Source: Phyllobates terribilis (taxonomy: Eukaryota). From it: 64,000 nucleotides of DNA. Shown piece by piece: positions 11,901 to 24,496 of this stretch. A program made the position numbers and the translations under genes. The stretch lies in NCBI RefSeq assembly GCF_046119375.1, contig NW_027363080.1, forward strand, positions 992,001-1,056,000, written 5' to 3'. Each line of letters starts with the position of its first letter. Position 1 is the first letter of the stretch. The notes below the pieces were generated by a model that worked only from the letters and a program-made list of their open reading frames with translations, was not told the DNA's origin and ran no database searches.

Positions 11901-12679
11901 TCAAGATTCTCCACATTTCACTAAAATCCACTAAATCCACTAAAATCCACAAATCACTAATATGCTCGGGTGCTGAAAGCTCGTGCCGAGCTCACCGTGA
12001 TACTCGGGTGCTCGACCCGAGCAACGAGCCCAATGTTAGTCTATGGGAGACCCAAGCATTTTTGCGGCGGCACCCCCGGCAGTCTGTACAAAGCCTAAAA
12101 AGTGCCCAAAACGATAGTGACAGTGCTCAAATGACATGGGGACAGCATGGGGATCGCCCCAGGAAGCATTTCTGACCCCCAGGTCACTGCTGTCAACAAT
12201 GTGGTCAGAGGTATTAAGCCACTTTTACGGGCTCACAATAAAACTTTCAAAAAGAAAACTGAAACGGTTTTCCTGTGAAATATGTTAAAGAACATCCTTT
12301 CCAGGGTAAAGACTTGTGTATAAGGTAAAATAAATAACCAAAATCAAAAATACTCCTCCACACCTTGGCTATGTTCACAAGTACCATTTTTTATGCGTTT
12401 TTGCACTTTTGTATTGCTTTCAACCGTGACAAATGCATTCACGGGGAAATGTCATTTTAACATTTTACAACCTTATCTGGCCATGTGCTGTGTGACACAT
12501 GCATACAGTGCTGAAAAGACATGGGAACAGCATGGGGAAGACTCCTGGAAGCATCTCTGACACCCAGGTCACTGCCTAAAAGTGTGCCCATCAGAAGTGA
12601 TCCTTGCCGCATCTGAAGATGCAGACTTGCAATTATCCCCGTGCAAGTCCTTGTCCCAGGGCAGTGTTCAATTGTACCT

Positions 12680-13260
12680 CCCCAATTCCTTGAAATGCAA
12701 GCGCAAGTATGCAGCCTGCCACCCACCCCCAGGCTGCAGTACCATACTGCTTGCTTGCTTGCACTTGAAATAAGGCCTTTTAAGCATGTAGAGGCGGAAT
12801 CTGGCCACCACGTCATGGCTGCGTCGGCGGCCTGGTATCCATACTCAGTCAGCAGACGCCCAGCGGCTGGGTGTGCACGCTTGGTCCCCAGCCGCCAGGT
12901 GGCGGCCGGGTGTCCATTAACGGTCCCCAGCCGCCCCTATTTGTTCCGGTGCGCCTAATACACAAGCGCGCATACCAAAACATTACCTGCGCCCTCCTCA
13001 GTGCATTTAGTGGGAAGGACATCCTAACCACAAACACATGGACAAGTGAATGTGGCCAGGGATGGTACATCTCACTGATGCCTTCACACTGGGTTAATAT
13101 TGTGGAAGCCGGGACACAGTTGTACACTGGGATGCAACACGTCCTCCAGAAATAGAGGATTGCGGATCCTGGGTCAATCAGGCTTCAACACAAAGTTCAG
13201 AAGGTAGACAGCAGCAGTGGTTGGCCTCCTACACAACGAGTAAATTATTCATGATCATGA
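12680..13260 (+). pseudogene. Diverged inverted fragment of a hAT-b-type transposase
   Basis: Plus strand reads KCKRKYAA...LLALEIRPFKHVEAES...TTNTWTSECGQGWYISL..HWVNIVEAGTQ, versus ERKRKFAA...LLALEMLPFRLVETES...TTDTWTSACGQGQYISLTHWVSIVEAGTQ in hAT-b. Confidence 0.75.
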
Positions 13261-13879
13261 GGCCATCCATCTCCTTAGCTTTCTGTTCCTTGAAATGCAA
13301 GCGCATGTATGTAGTAGCGGCTAGGCCTGAGGTGGTCAGCGTTTTGGCGCATATCCTACCTCCTTCGAGGATTGCTGGATGTTTTCCTGCTACTATCCCC
13401 GTTCTATGACTCCCGTTAAAACAAAGCTTCAGGTGATGAATGATGGATGAGGTGGTGGCAAAGGAGAAAGAGCAGGAGGAACAGGGACCATTCACATCAA
13501 TATCAGGCCAGTCAACCACACATCTCTTGTAGGATATGTTTCTGTACCAAAAGGAGCGGTTCGACTACACAGTTATAGGGCATACAGTGAGTGCAATGCC
13601 TACCAAAAATTTCGAGGCACTCCAATGTCCCTTGGAAGTGTCATGGAGGTCAGAGGGCCTTAACTAAACCGTTTTTTCCATTTATAGCAACTGGGTCTCC
13701 TGTACACTGTTGGCCTAAGCAGTGAATGGAAGGCTTTCCAAAAATTATGAGGAACTGCAATGCCCCTTGAAACAGACGTGGATTACAGCGTACTAAAAAC
13801 CTTCTACCCATTATTGGGGAGTGGGTCTCCCTTAGTGTTCGCCTATGCATTGAAAAGCAAAAGCTGACTAAGATTAGGA

Positions 13880-14830
13880 GGAAATGCAGTGCCCGTTGGA
13901 AGAGTCGTGGAGGTTAGAGGTAATTAAAAACAACATTTCAATGCCCCTTAGAAGAGCTGTGGAGTTCAGAGTGGTTTAAAAAGACGGTTTTAATGCCCCT
14001 TGGAAGAGACGTGGAGGTCACAGTAGCTTAACAAGACTGTTTTAATGCCCCTTGGAAGAGTGGTGGAGGTTACAGTGGAATAAAAAGACAATATCAATGC
14101 CCCGTGGAAGAGACGTGGATGTCACAGTAGCTTAACAAGATGGTTTTAGTGCCCCTTGGAAGAGCTGTGGAGGTCGCAGTGGAATAAAAAGACAATATCA
14201 ATGCGCTTGGAAGAGCTGTGGAGTTCAGAGTGGTTTAACAAGATGGTTTTAATGCCCCCTGGAAGAGATGTGGAGGTCACAGTAGCTTAACAAGACGGTT
14301 TTACTCCCCCTTGGAAGAGTGGTGGAGTTCGCAGTGCAATAAAATGACAATATCAATGCCCCTTGGAAGAGTGGTGGAGGTCGCAGTGGAATAAAAAGAC
14401 AATATCAATGTCCCGTGGAAGAGACGTGAAGGTCACAGTAGCTTAACAAGACGGTTTTAATGCCCCTTTGAAGAGCTGTGGAGTTCAGAGTGGTTTAACA
14501 AGATGGTTTTAATGCCCCTTGGAAGAGACGTGGAGGTCACAGTAGCTTAACAAGACTGTTTTAATGCCCCTTGGAAGAGTGGTGGAGGTGGCAGTGGAAT
14601 AAAAAGACAATATCAATGCCCCTTGGAAGAGTGGTGGAGGTCGCAGTGGAATAAAAAGACAATATCAATGCCCCTTGGAAGAGTGGTGGAGTTGGCAGTG
14701 GAATAAAAAGACAATATCAATGCCCCTTGGAAGAATGGTGGAGGTCGCAGTGGACTAAAAAGACAATATCAATGCCCCTTGGAAGAGACGTGTGGGTCAC
14801 AGTAGCTTAACAAGACGATTTTAATGCCCC
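13880..14830. repeat. ~52-bp tandem array in the hAT-b 3' arm, ~18 copies in two subtypes
   Basis: Unit AATGCCCCTTGGAAGAGTGGTGGAGGTCGCAGTGGAATAAAAAGACAATATC; period 52 seen at 14581/14633. Confidence 0.9.
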
Positions 14831-15120
14831 TTACAAGAGCTATGCAGTACAGCATATTAAAAACATTATTTCCATTATTGGGGAGTGGGTCTCCCATAGT
14901 CTTTGCCTATGCCTTCCAAGCAAAAGCTGCCAAAAATTATGACGGAGGAACTTGCAATGCTGGCAACACGGACCACGGTCACCCTGGTGGTATAGTGGTG
15001 GTGGAGGCTGAGGACAAGGAGAAGAGCAAAAAACAGCCAAAATGAGGAAGCGTATACCCATGTGTGGGTGTGAAGCGATGCATGGGAATACACCTCCCGA
15101 AACAACACAGTGGATTTGAC

Positions 15121-18100
15121 TTTATGTTAATCTGCTGTCATTTGGTGGTGATGAGAAGTCTGGCCCAATCCAGCCTTTGTTCATTTTTGATAAGGATCAG
15201 CTTGTCAGCATTGTCAGATGACAGGCGAGTGCATTTATCAGTTATAATTCCCCCAGTGGCACTAAAAACACGCTCCGATAACACGCTAGTGGCAGGGCAG
15301 GCCTGGACCTCCAAGGCTTACAGAGCGAGTTCATTCCAAGTGTCCAGCTTGGATACCCAATAATTAAAAGGCACAGAGGAATTACGGAGGACGCTGGTAC
15401 GGTCAGCAAGGTACTCCCTCACCATCTTTTGAAACTTTCCACTCTTTGTGAGAGTACCCCACGCCTCAGGGCTTGTAAGCTGGGCGGGTCTCAGAAAACT
15501 GTCCCAGAACGTTGACAGTGTTCCCCTGCCTCTGCTGGATTGGAGTTGCGTCTCTCTCGTCTGTACGCCTTGGTTGGGCAACGAACTGTGATCTCTGCCG
15601 CTAGCGTGTTCAGATGGGAATTTTTTTAACAGTTCTGCAGCAAGGGCCTTCTGGTACTGCCCCATTTTTGTAGACCTCTCCACCTCAGGAATAAGAGAGT
15701 GAAAGTTCTCCTTGCAGCGGGGGGTCTAAAAGTGTCACCAACCAGTAATGACTGTCACCCAACATTTTGACAACGCGAGGGTCACCTTTAAGGCAGCATA
15801 ACATAAAGTCAGCCATGCGTGCCAGACTGGTAACGGGCAAGACTTCCGTGTCCTCACCAAGATGACGACTGACCATGCTCTCCTCCCCCCTCCTGTCCTC
15901 AGGCCACCCACGCTGAACCGACGGTATGACAGTTGTACAGGTACTACCGTCTACAGCGCATGATACCAGCTCCTGTTCTTCCTCCTCCTTCTCCTCCTCT
16001 CCCTCATTGTCCCCCAATGCACGTTGGGATGAGATGAGGCTGGGCTGTGTGTAATCGCCCGCTACGGCTTCTTGATCCATCTCATCATACTCTGGCTGCA
16101 ATGCCTCCTCTTTAATTCTCTGCAGAGAGCGTTGCAAAAGACAGACAAGTGGGATGCTGACGCTAATGATGGCGTCATCGCCACTCACCAGCTTGGTGGA
16201 CTCCTCAAAGTTTGTCAGGATGGTACATATGTCAGACATCCAGGTCTTATGTGTGGAGTCTGACCTGAATATCGACGGCCTTGCTGCAGCTGGTACTCCA
16301 CAACTGCTCTCTTCTGCTCACAAATCCTTTGCAACATGTGGAGGGTAGAGTTCCAACATGTGGGGACATCACACACCAGTCGGTGTGCCGGAAGCTGCAA
16401 ACGCCGCTGCAACACAGCAAGGGCGGTGGAAGCTGTAGCCGACTTCCGAAAATGAGCTCACAGGCGGCGTACTTTGATGAGCAGATCTGGCAACTCGGGG
16501 TACGATTTAAGAAACAGCTGAACCACGAGGTTAAGCACATGAGCCAGGCATGGTACGTGTGTGATCTCGCCTCGCCTCAGAGCCGCCACCAGGTTACGGC
16601 CATTGTCACACACGACCATGCCTGGATGTAGGTTCAGAGTTCTCAGCCACGGATCTGCCTGCTCTTTCACAGCTGTCCACAACTCACAAGCAGTGTGAGG
16701 TTTATCACCTAAGCTTATGAGTTTCAGCACAGCCTGTTGCTGCTTGGCGGAGGCAGTACTGCAGTGCTTCCAGCTTGTAACTGATGTGGTGTTATCTGAG
16801 ATGGAGGCTGAACATGAGGAGGAGGAGGAGGATGATGCACAGGAGCTGTACACTGTGGTGCCAACTCTGACTGACATAGGGCCCGCAAACCTCGGTGTGG
16901 GGAGGACGTGTTCTATCCCAAGGTCCGACTGGGTCCCGGCTTCCACTATGCTTACCCAGTGTGTCAGGGAGATGTACTGTCCCTGGCCACAAGCACTTGT
17001 CCACGTGTCCGTTGTCAGGTGGACTCTCCCAGTAACTGCGTTGTTGAGGGCACGGCAGATGTTTTGGGACACGTGCTTGTGTAGTGCGGGAATGGCACAC
17101 CGGGCAAAATAGTGTCGGCTGGGGACCGAGTACCGAGGGACGGCCACCGCCATAAGGTTGTGGAAGGATTCCGTCTCCACCAGCCTAAAAGGCAGCATTT
17201 CCAACGCAAGCAGTCGTGAAATGTGTGAATTTAGGACTGTGGCCTGTGGGGCGTTGGCTGCGAATTTCCGCTTTCGTTCAAAGGTCTGGGATATGGACAA
17301 TTGAACGCTGCGGTGGGACGTGGACGTGGACGTTGATGCTGTTTCTTGAGAAACTGCCATAACAAGTGAAGACTGAGAGGAGGGGGCATCTTTGCATGCA
17401 GTATGGACAGGAGATTGCCTTGCACGCACAACAGGGGGTTCTCTTACACGCACAACAGCGGAAGAAGCAGTGGTGACACCCACTGACACTGGTCGTGGAC
17501 CCTGGGGTTCGCCCCACAAAGTCAGGTGCTTTGCTGACATGTGCCTGATCATGCTGGTGGTGGTCAGGCTGGTACTTTTGTCACCCCTGCTGGTGCTGGC
17601 CTGGCAGGTCGTACAAATGGCCTTTTTGGGGTTATCAGCAGAGTCTTTAAAAAAATTCCAGACTCTGGAAGACCTACCGGTTGTACTGGCAACGTCCCTC
17701 GTGTTGGTGTTACGGGGAACGGTTGCCCTCCTTCTGTCTGCGGCCACCACACTGCTTCTTCCTGCCTGTTGGAGTACTCTGCCTACCTCCTCCTGTGTGC
17801 TGCTGGCCTCGCTCTGCGTGTCCTCCTGCCACGTTGTGGCAGTTACTAGATCATCCACCACCTCCTCTTCTTCCACTTCCGCACCACGGTCCTCCTCCTC
17901 ACTTCGTGGCAATTGTGTCTCGTCACCATCCACCTCTTGTGAAAAATTGCCAGCTTTGCCTTCTTGTGGCCGTGGCTGTTCAAATATTTGGCCATTGCTA
18001 CATGGGATCTCCTCTTCCACCACTTCAAGCGGAGCAGGCGAGGGGCACAAATATGGAAATGGACCAGTGTCCAACTGTGGGATCAGTTGCTGTCTGACGA

Positions 18101-18435
18101 CACTCGGCATGGTGGGAGGAAGGAGCATCAGGGTGAGGAGGAGTATGCGGTCGAGACTCACGGCTACTAAGACTTGACCGTGTAGAAGACAGACCAGAGG
18201 TGGTGGTGCCCAGGTGACTTGAAGTATTATCTGCTATCCAATTAATAACCTGTTCACACTGATCAATTCGCAATAGTGGTGTTGTGTGCTTCCCTAGTAA
18301 TTCAGTAAAGAACTGGGAGCGAGAAGATGTGGCTGTTGGTTGTGGCACATTTTCACCTTGGCCACGGCCCCGTCCTCTGCACGCACCATCACCAGAACGT
18401 CCAGTTCCACGTCCCTTGCCACGCGCCTTGCCCAT
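15121..18435 (-). pseudogene. hAT-b transposase, several frameshifts
   Basis: Start MGKARGKGRG, BED finger (CTTC...RHMSAKH), LTTDTW, VCDNGRNL, CLAHVLNL, PTCWNSTLHML, and a C-terminal hATC region. Confidence 0.92.
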
Positions 18436-19509
18436 TGTAAATGAAGTAAAATAGCTTACACTCGCACTATCAATGTCAAAAGGGTAATATAAAGGAGATT
18501 AGAACCGTGGAAGAGGAAAACCACAGTTCTATTTCTCTGGCCTACACCAGAATCTATTAAACAGATATATTTCTGTCTGAACAGTCAGCGAGTAGAGATG
18601 AGCGTTGTTCTACTCGAACTGTTCGCCAATCTCAAATTCGAGCTGTTTTGGGCGGTGTTCGAGCCGTTCGGCGAACACGAACAATTTGAGAAAAATTCGG
18701 CTGTTCGAGGTTATGTTCGATAACTGTTCGTGCACCAAAATCATAACTGGATTTTTTCTCAGTAATGATGAAAATTAATGTTAATACGCAGTTTGAGTGT
18801 ACAGCGGGGTGGGGGGAGGGGCAGGGGATGGATCTCTGCAGGAACAATGAAGATCTCCATTTTTTTTTCTCTTTCCCGCATTTGCAGTGGGGAGGTGCAA
18901 TCTGTCAGCCTATCAGCAGCGCACACACGGAGCGAAGTGCTTTTTTTCACACAAGCAAGGGCATGTGTCATTGGCAGTGTATGTCACATGTCCTTGCCCT
19001 ATAAGACCAAGCCATTTTCCCCGTCGCCACCATTTTCTCACTGCTGCAGCTGCGTGTTAGACGGCACCGCTGTTGCTGTGTGCGCTATACCTTGTTAATT
19101 TCAAGCCAATTTTCGCACAAATATACAGATAGCTTGGGAGTAGGGAATAGTTGTGATTGCAGTCCTTTTAAGGACTAGGTTACAGCATTTCCTACGACTT
19201 TTATCAGGGAGGTCTGTGCTCTTAAATAGATAGGTTGTGGGAGTAAAGACTAATTGTAATTGGAGTCCTTTTCAGGACTAGGTTACATGAGTTCCTATCA
19301 GTTTTTGCCAGGCAGGTCTGTGCCAGTGCTGTGCAAGTTTTTTTCACAGCATTTGGCTGAATCTAGCAAAGCTAATCCTTTTTGGCCTATTGCAGAGTGT
19401 GTTAGTCAGTGGAGTAGCCTATCTGTGTTGCAAGATATAACACCTGTGTATAGAATACCAATTTTTTTACTGCACCTAGTGAAGTAAAATCTTTTGGGCA
19501 TAGCATCAT

Positions 19510-20350
19510 TCTATTAGTCCATCTATACTGACCTCCATCAGGTTGCAAACTGAATATAATTTTTTTCTGCATCTAGCTCTGAAAAAATATTTGGGCTTCT
19601 AGCAGTGTGTGGGACTTGGTCTATTAGTCCATCTATACTGACCTTCATCAGGTTGCAAATTAAAAATAATTTTTTTCTTCATTTAGCTCTGAAAAAATAT
19701 TTGGGCTTCTAGCAGTGTGTGGGACTTGTTCTATTAGTCCTTCTATACTGACCTCCAGCAGGTTGCAAATTGAATATAATTTTTTTCTGCATCTAGCTCT
19801 GAAAAAATAGTTGGGCTTCTAGCGGTGTGTGGGACTTGGTCTATTAGTCCATCTATACTGACCTCCATCAGGTTGCAAATTAAAAATAATTTTTTTCTGC
19901 ATCTAGCTCTGAAAAAATATTTGGGCTTCTAGCAGTGTGTGGGACTTGGTCTATTAGTCCATCTATACTGACCTCCATCAGGTTGCAAATTAAAAATAAT
20001 TTTTTTCTGCATCTAGCTCTGAAAAAATATTTGGGCTTCTAGCGGTGTATGGGACTTGGTCTATTAGTCCATCTATACTGACCTCCATCAGGTTGCAAAT
20101 TAAAAATAATTTTTTTCTGCATCTAGCTCTGAAAAAATATTTGGGCTTCTAGCAGTGTGTGGGACTTGGTCTATTAGTCCATCTATACTGACCTCCATCA
20201 GGTTGCAAATTAAAAATAATTTTTATCTGCATCTACAGTACCTCTGAAAAAATATTTGGGCTTCTAGCAGTGTGTGGGACTATTTGTATTAGTCCATCTA
20301 TACTGACCTCCATCAGGTTGCAAATTCAAAATAATTTTTTTCTGCATCTA
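19510..20350. repeat. 110-bp tandem array in the hAT-c 5' arm, ~7.5 copies
   Basis: ACCTCCATCA recurs at 19861, 19971, 20081 and 20191. Confidence 0.95.
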
Positions 20351-20466
20351 ACCCAGCCAATAGTTTTGGCCTAATACCATAGTTTGGCCACTCAGCTCTG
20401 CTTGGTTACCATCCATTGTTTTTTTGTGCAAACAACTCCAGAGTTGTGAATTAGTTAACCACCAAA

Positions 20467-23400
20467 ATGAGTGGAAAAAGGCCTGCTGCTGGTGGAAAGG
20501 GGAATAGGCGTGTTGGGAAGGGGAAAAAAGGTTGTGTCCGTGGGGTAGGTGTTAAAGCAACAGTAACATCTGCAGAAGAAAGACCATCTTCCAGCCAAAC
20601 TAAAATGTCTACTTCTTTTAGCGGACAATGTGATAAGATCCCTTTCTTACGGCCACGTCAATCGCTACAAATTCCAGATGAGGCACAAAAACAGCAGGTG
20701 CTTCAACGGATATCAAGTGCTCCTTTAAGTGGGCTCTCCTCCACATCAACTTCAACATCACAAATACTCCAGTCCTCAAAGGTGTCATCCAAATCGCACT
20801 TGCTTCCTCACAGCTCCCAAATCTCCAGCTGCCCGTCTGAGTATGAGGTAGAACAGATGGTTGAGTCTGCAGAGCTGTTTACTCATACTATAGCCTGGGA
20901 ATCAGAGGTCGACTCCAGCGCTTCTGTGAATCCAGACGAGGAAATGATCTGCACTGATGCCCAGAATCTTTATGAGTCGGATCCAGGACCAGACGCAGAA
21001 GGTTCTGACCATAATGTAGACCCTCATTCCCAAACTGTAACTCCTGTTGGTGGAGACAATGAGGAAGACGATGATAAGACTCAAATACCTGATTGGAGCG
21101 ACAACTTTAGTTTTTTGTCAGGGCAGGAACAGGTTGGCTCTGAGGACGACGGGTGTGATAACGCACAGGGTGATGATGATGAGGTCGGAGATCCCACTTA
21201 CAGTCAACCCACAGTCAGCCAAGAGATGAGGTCAGCAGAGGAGGTGGAGGAAGATGCTAGTGACGACGAGGTCAGGTTGCGCCTTCCTGGACAGAGACGT
21301 AGTACTGGAAGCACGTCAACAACTGCATCCTCAAACACAACTCTGCCTCTCACCACAAGTCGTGGTGGCTCTTCAGGTCGCATGGGTGCTAAGCCTTGCA
21401 TAGCCTGGGCATTTTTTCAGATCGATAAAGATGACCCAACTCGTGTTATCTGTAACATTTGTCAGCAAAAGCTAAGTAGAGGCCAAAAAATACATAGTTT
21501 GAGTACTTCATGCATGAACCGGCACATGGACATGAAGCATAAGTTGCAGTGGGAAGCTCAGTGTGCTACAATGCGGCCTAGCCGGCCGGGCCAATCACCG
21601 TCTGCCATATCTTGTGCATCCGCGGCCTCTTCATCCTCTGTGACTGGGGGGACAGCAGTCACACCTGTTTTGGGGCGCAGACCTGCCACCTCTTTACCCG
21701 CAACAGCCAGCGTGATTGGCAGGTCATCATTTTCTTTGGAGGTGGTAACACCAGCTGGTGTTGAGCGCTGTCCGACATCGATAGCACCACCTTTGGATCA
21801 AGGCAACCTAACATGTCCGCCTGCATCTTCCTCACAGACCGGCAGTTTGCCGGGGACACCCTTATCAACCCCGTCTAAGCACAATAGCCAGCCCTCGGTC
21901 CCTCAGATGTGGACAAGTAAAAGACCATTTCCTCCTAGCCATGAGAAAGCTAAGAGGTTGAATTTCACCATCTGCAAGCTCTTGGCTACAGAAATGCTGC
22001 CTTTCCGCCTGGTGGACACAGAGGATTTTCGAGACCTTATGTCCGTCGCAGTGCCCCAGTACCAGATGCCCAGTCGGCACTACTTCTCAAAGAAAGGTGT
22101 GCCTGCGCTCCACCAGCATGTCGCACACAACATCACCGCTTCTTTGAGAAACTCTGTGTGTGACAGGGTGCATTTCACCACAGACACTTGGACGAGTAGG
22201 CATGGACAGGGGCGTTACATGTCGCTGACTGGGCACTGGGTAACTATGGTGACAGCAGGACAAGGGGCTGCTGTCCAAGTCTTGCCGTCCCCACGAGTTG
22301 TGCGTCAATCCTCTTTATGTCAAAGTTCCTCCACTGCTTCTGCCTCCTCAACCTCCTCTCGGTCTTCCACCTGCACCCAAAGCCTGTCTGGTCATGCCAC
22401 AAGCTTTCTAACTGCGCAGAAGGGATCCTGCACACCTCCTTACTATGCTGGCAGTAGGGCTCAACGTCATCAGGCGGTTTTTACATTGAAATGTCTGGGA
22501 AATGTGAGTCACACAGCTGAGGAGTTGTGGTCAGCTCTGGAGAACCAATTTCATGAATGGTTGTCTCCACTGGACCTGAAACCAGGGAAGGCCGTGTGCG
22601 ACAATGCTGCAAACCTGGGTGCGGCCCTTCGCCGGGGCAATGTCACACACGTGCCTTGTATGGCTCACGTGTTGAACCTGGTTGTCCAGCAATTTTTAGC
22701 CCACTATCCCAGACTAGATGGCCTTCTGCAGAGGGCACGGTTGCTGTGTGCTCACTTCCGCCGTTCGCATCCCGCAGCTCAGCGACTTACATCTCTACAG
22801 AAGTCGTTGGGCCTGCCACTTCACCGGCTAAAATGCGATGTGCCTACCCGGTGGAATTCAACTCTGCACATGTTGCAGCGACTGTGGCAGCACCGACAAG
22901 CCCTGCTGCAATACGTTCTGACGTATAGCCTGGGCCAACGAGATTCAGAGGTGGGGCAAATCACGCTGGAGGAGTGGTCTCAGATCAGGGACCTATGCAC
23001 CCTTCTGCACAGTTTTGAAATGGCGACGAAGATGTTTAGTGCTGACGATGCCATTATCAGCATGACTATTCCGGTGACTTACATGCTGGAGCACATGTTA
23101 AACAGAATTCGGAGTCAGGTGGTGGCACAAGAGGAGGTGGAGGAAGTAGAGGAGGAGGAGTTGTATGCGGAAGGGCTAACATCTGCAAGGTCCAGACGGT
23201 CGGCAGCACCAAGGCGGCAGGCATGTGAGGGTGGGGGAGATGGTTTTACCAGGGCGCATGGTAGCAGCCAAACTAGTGAGGAAGGTGCAGGAGCCCAGGA
23301 AGAAGTGGAGGACGAACTGATGGAAGACTCATCAGATGAGGGAGACCTTGATCACATTTCTGTTGTGCGAGGTTGGGGGGAGAGGACAGAGGAAGGAAGC

Positions 23401-24169
23401 ATGATTGTTACCTCGCCACCAACACAACAGGGACTTGGTGCTCCTGGATGCGCAACACACATGAGTGCCTTCTTGCTGCACTACCTGCAACATGACCCTC
23501 GAATTGTGAGAATTAGAAATAATCCTGACTACTGGGTTGCCACACTGTTAGATCCCCCGGTACAAAAGTAAATTTGCAGAAATTATTCCTGCCATAGAAA
23601 GGGATGCACGCATGCAGGAGTATCAGCAGAGACTGTTGCAGAATCTTACATGTGCTTTTCCACAAAATACCAGTGGTGCACGTAGTGAATCTCACAGTTC
23701 CAACTTGCCAACCGTGGGACCGTCAAGTGTTCAGCACTCAAACCGTAACAGAACCACAGTATCTGCTGGTAACATCAATTTTGCGGAATCATTTCACCAC
23801 TTTTTTAGCCCATCCTTTGCAAGGCCACAGGAGACAAGAAGTCTGACACATAGTCAACGCCTAGAGACGATGGTACAGGAGTATCTCCAAGTAAACATTG
23901 AAGCCACGACTGTGTCACTGAACCCTTGCTCTTTTTGGGCTTCCAATCTGGATAAATGGCCGGAGCTAGCCACTTACGCCTTGGAGATCTTGTCATGCCC
24001 CGCAGCCAGCGTTCTGTCTGAACGTGTGTTCAGCGCTGCTGGTGGTGTGCTGACAGATAAGCGCACGCGGCTCTCCACTGATAATGTAGACAGACTCACG
24101 TTCATAAAGATGAACAAATCATGGATCCGAAACGACTTTTCTACCCCTGTGTCATCCTGGGGAGAGTAA
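20467..24169 (+). CDS. hAT-c transposase, ~1233 aa if the single +1 C at 23554-23558 is removed (ORFs 20467-23571 and 23612-24169)
   Basis: BED finger (CNIC...RHMDMKH), FTTDTW, VCDNAANL, CMAHVLNL, PTRWNSTLHML, LDP[R]YK, CPAASVLSERVFSAAG. All three putative DDE residues are present. Confidence 0.93.
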
Positions 24170-24383
24170 AAGCTTGATGATTGGTTAAAATCACCCTACC
24201 AACCGTTTTAAGCTTTCAAATTACTAATCATGTTTATCTGTATCTTGACTGGAAAATAATTTGGGCTTTGTAGCAGTGTGCAGCACTGATCCTATTAGGC
24301 CATCTATACTAAAGCTTCACCAGATTTAAAATTAAAAATAATTTTTAGCTGCATCTAGCCCGGAAAATAATTTTGGGGCTCCG

Positions 24384-24496
24384 AGATGCGCAAGGCACAT
24401 AAGTGCCTTCTTGCTGCACTACCTGCAGCATGACCCTCATATTGTCAGAATTCGAAGTAATCATGACTACTGGGTTGCCACACTCTTAGATCCCCC
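24384..24496 (+). pseudogene. Diverged duplicate of a hAT-c transposase segment (continues at 25870-25940)
   Basis: Homologous to ~23445-23558 (LHYLQHDP..YWVATLLDP) and, after the Tc1, to ~23648-23718. Confidence 0.8.

Noticed and set aside
13880-14830. Regularly spaced repeats resembling a CRISPR array (also 19510-20350 and 28605-29520)
   Set aside because: The units are contiguous with no unique spacers, there are no cas genes, and the context is eukaryotic hAT subterminal sequence.
17392-18177. 261-aa plus-strand ORF and similar antisense ORFs over transposase and pol genes
   Set aside because: These are shadow ORFs on the opposite strand of low-complexity coding regions.
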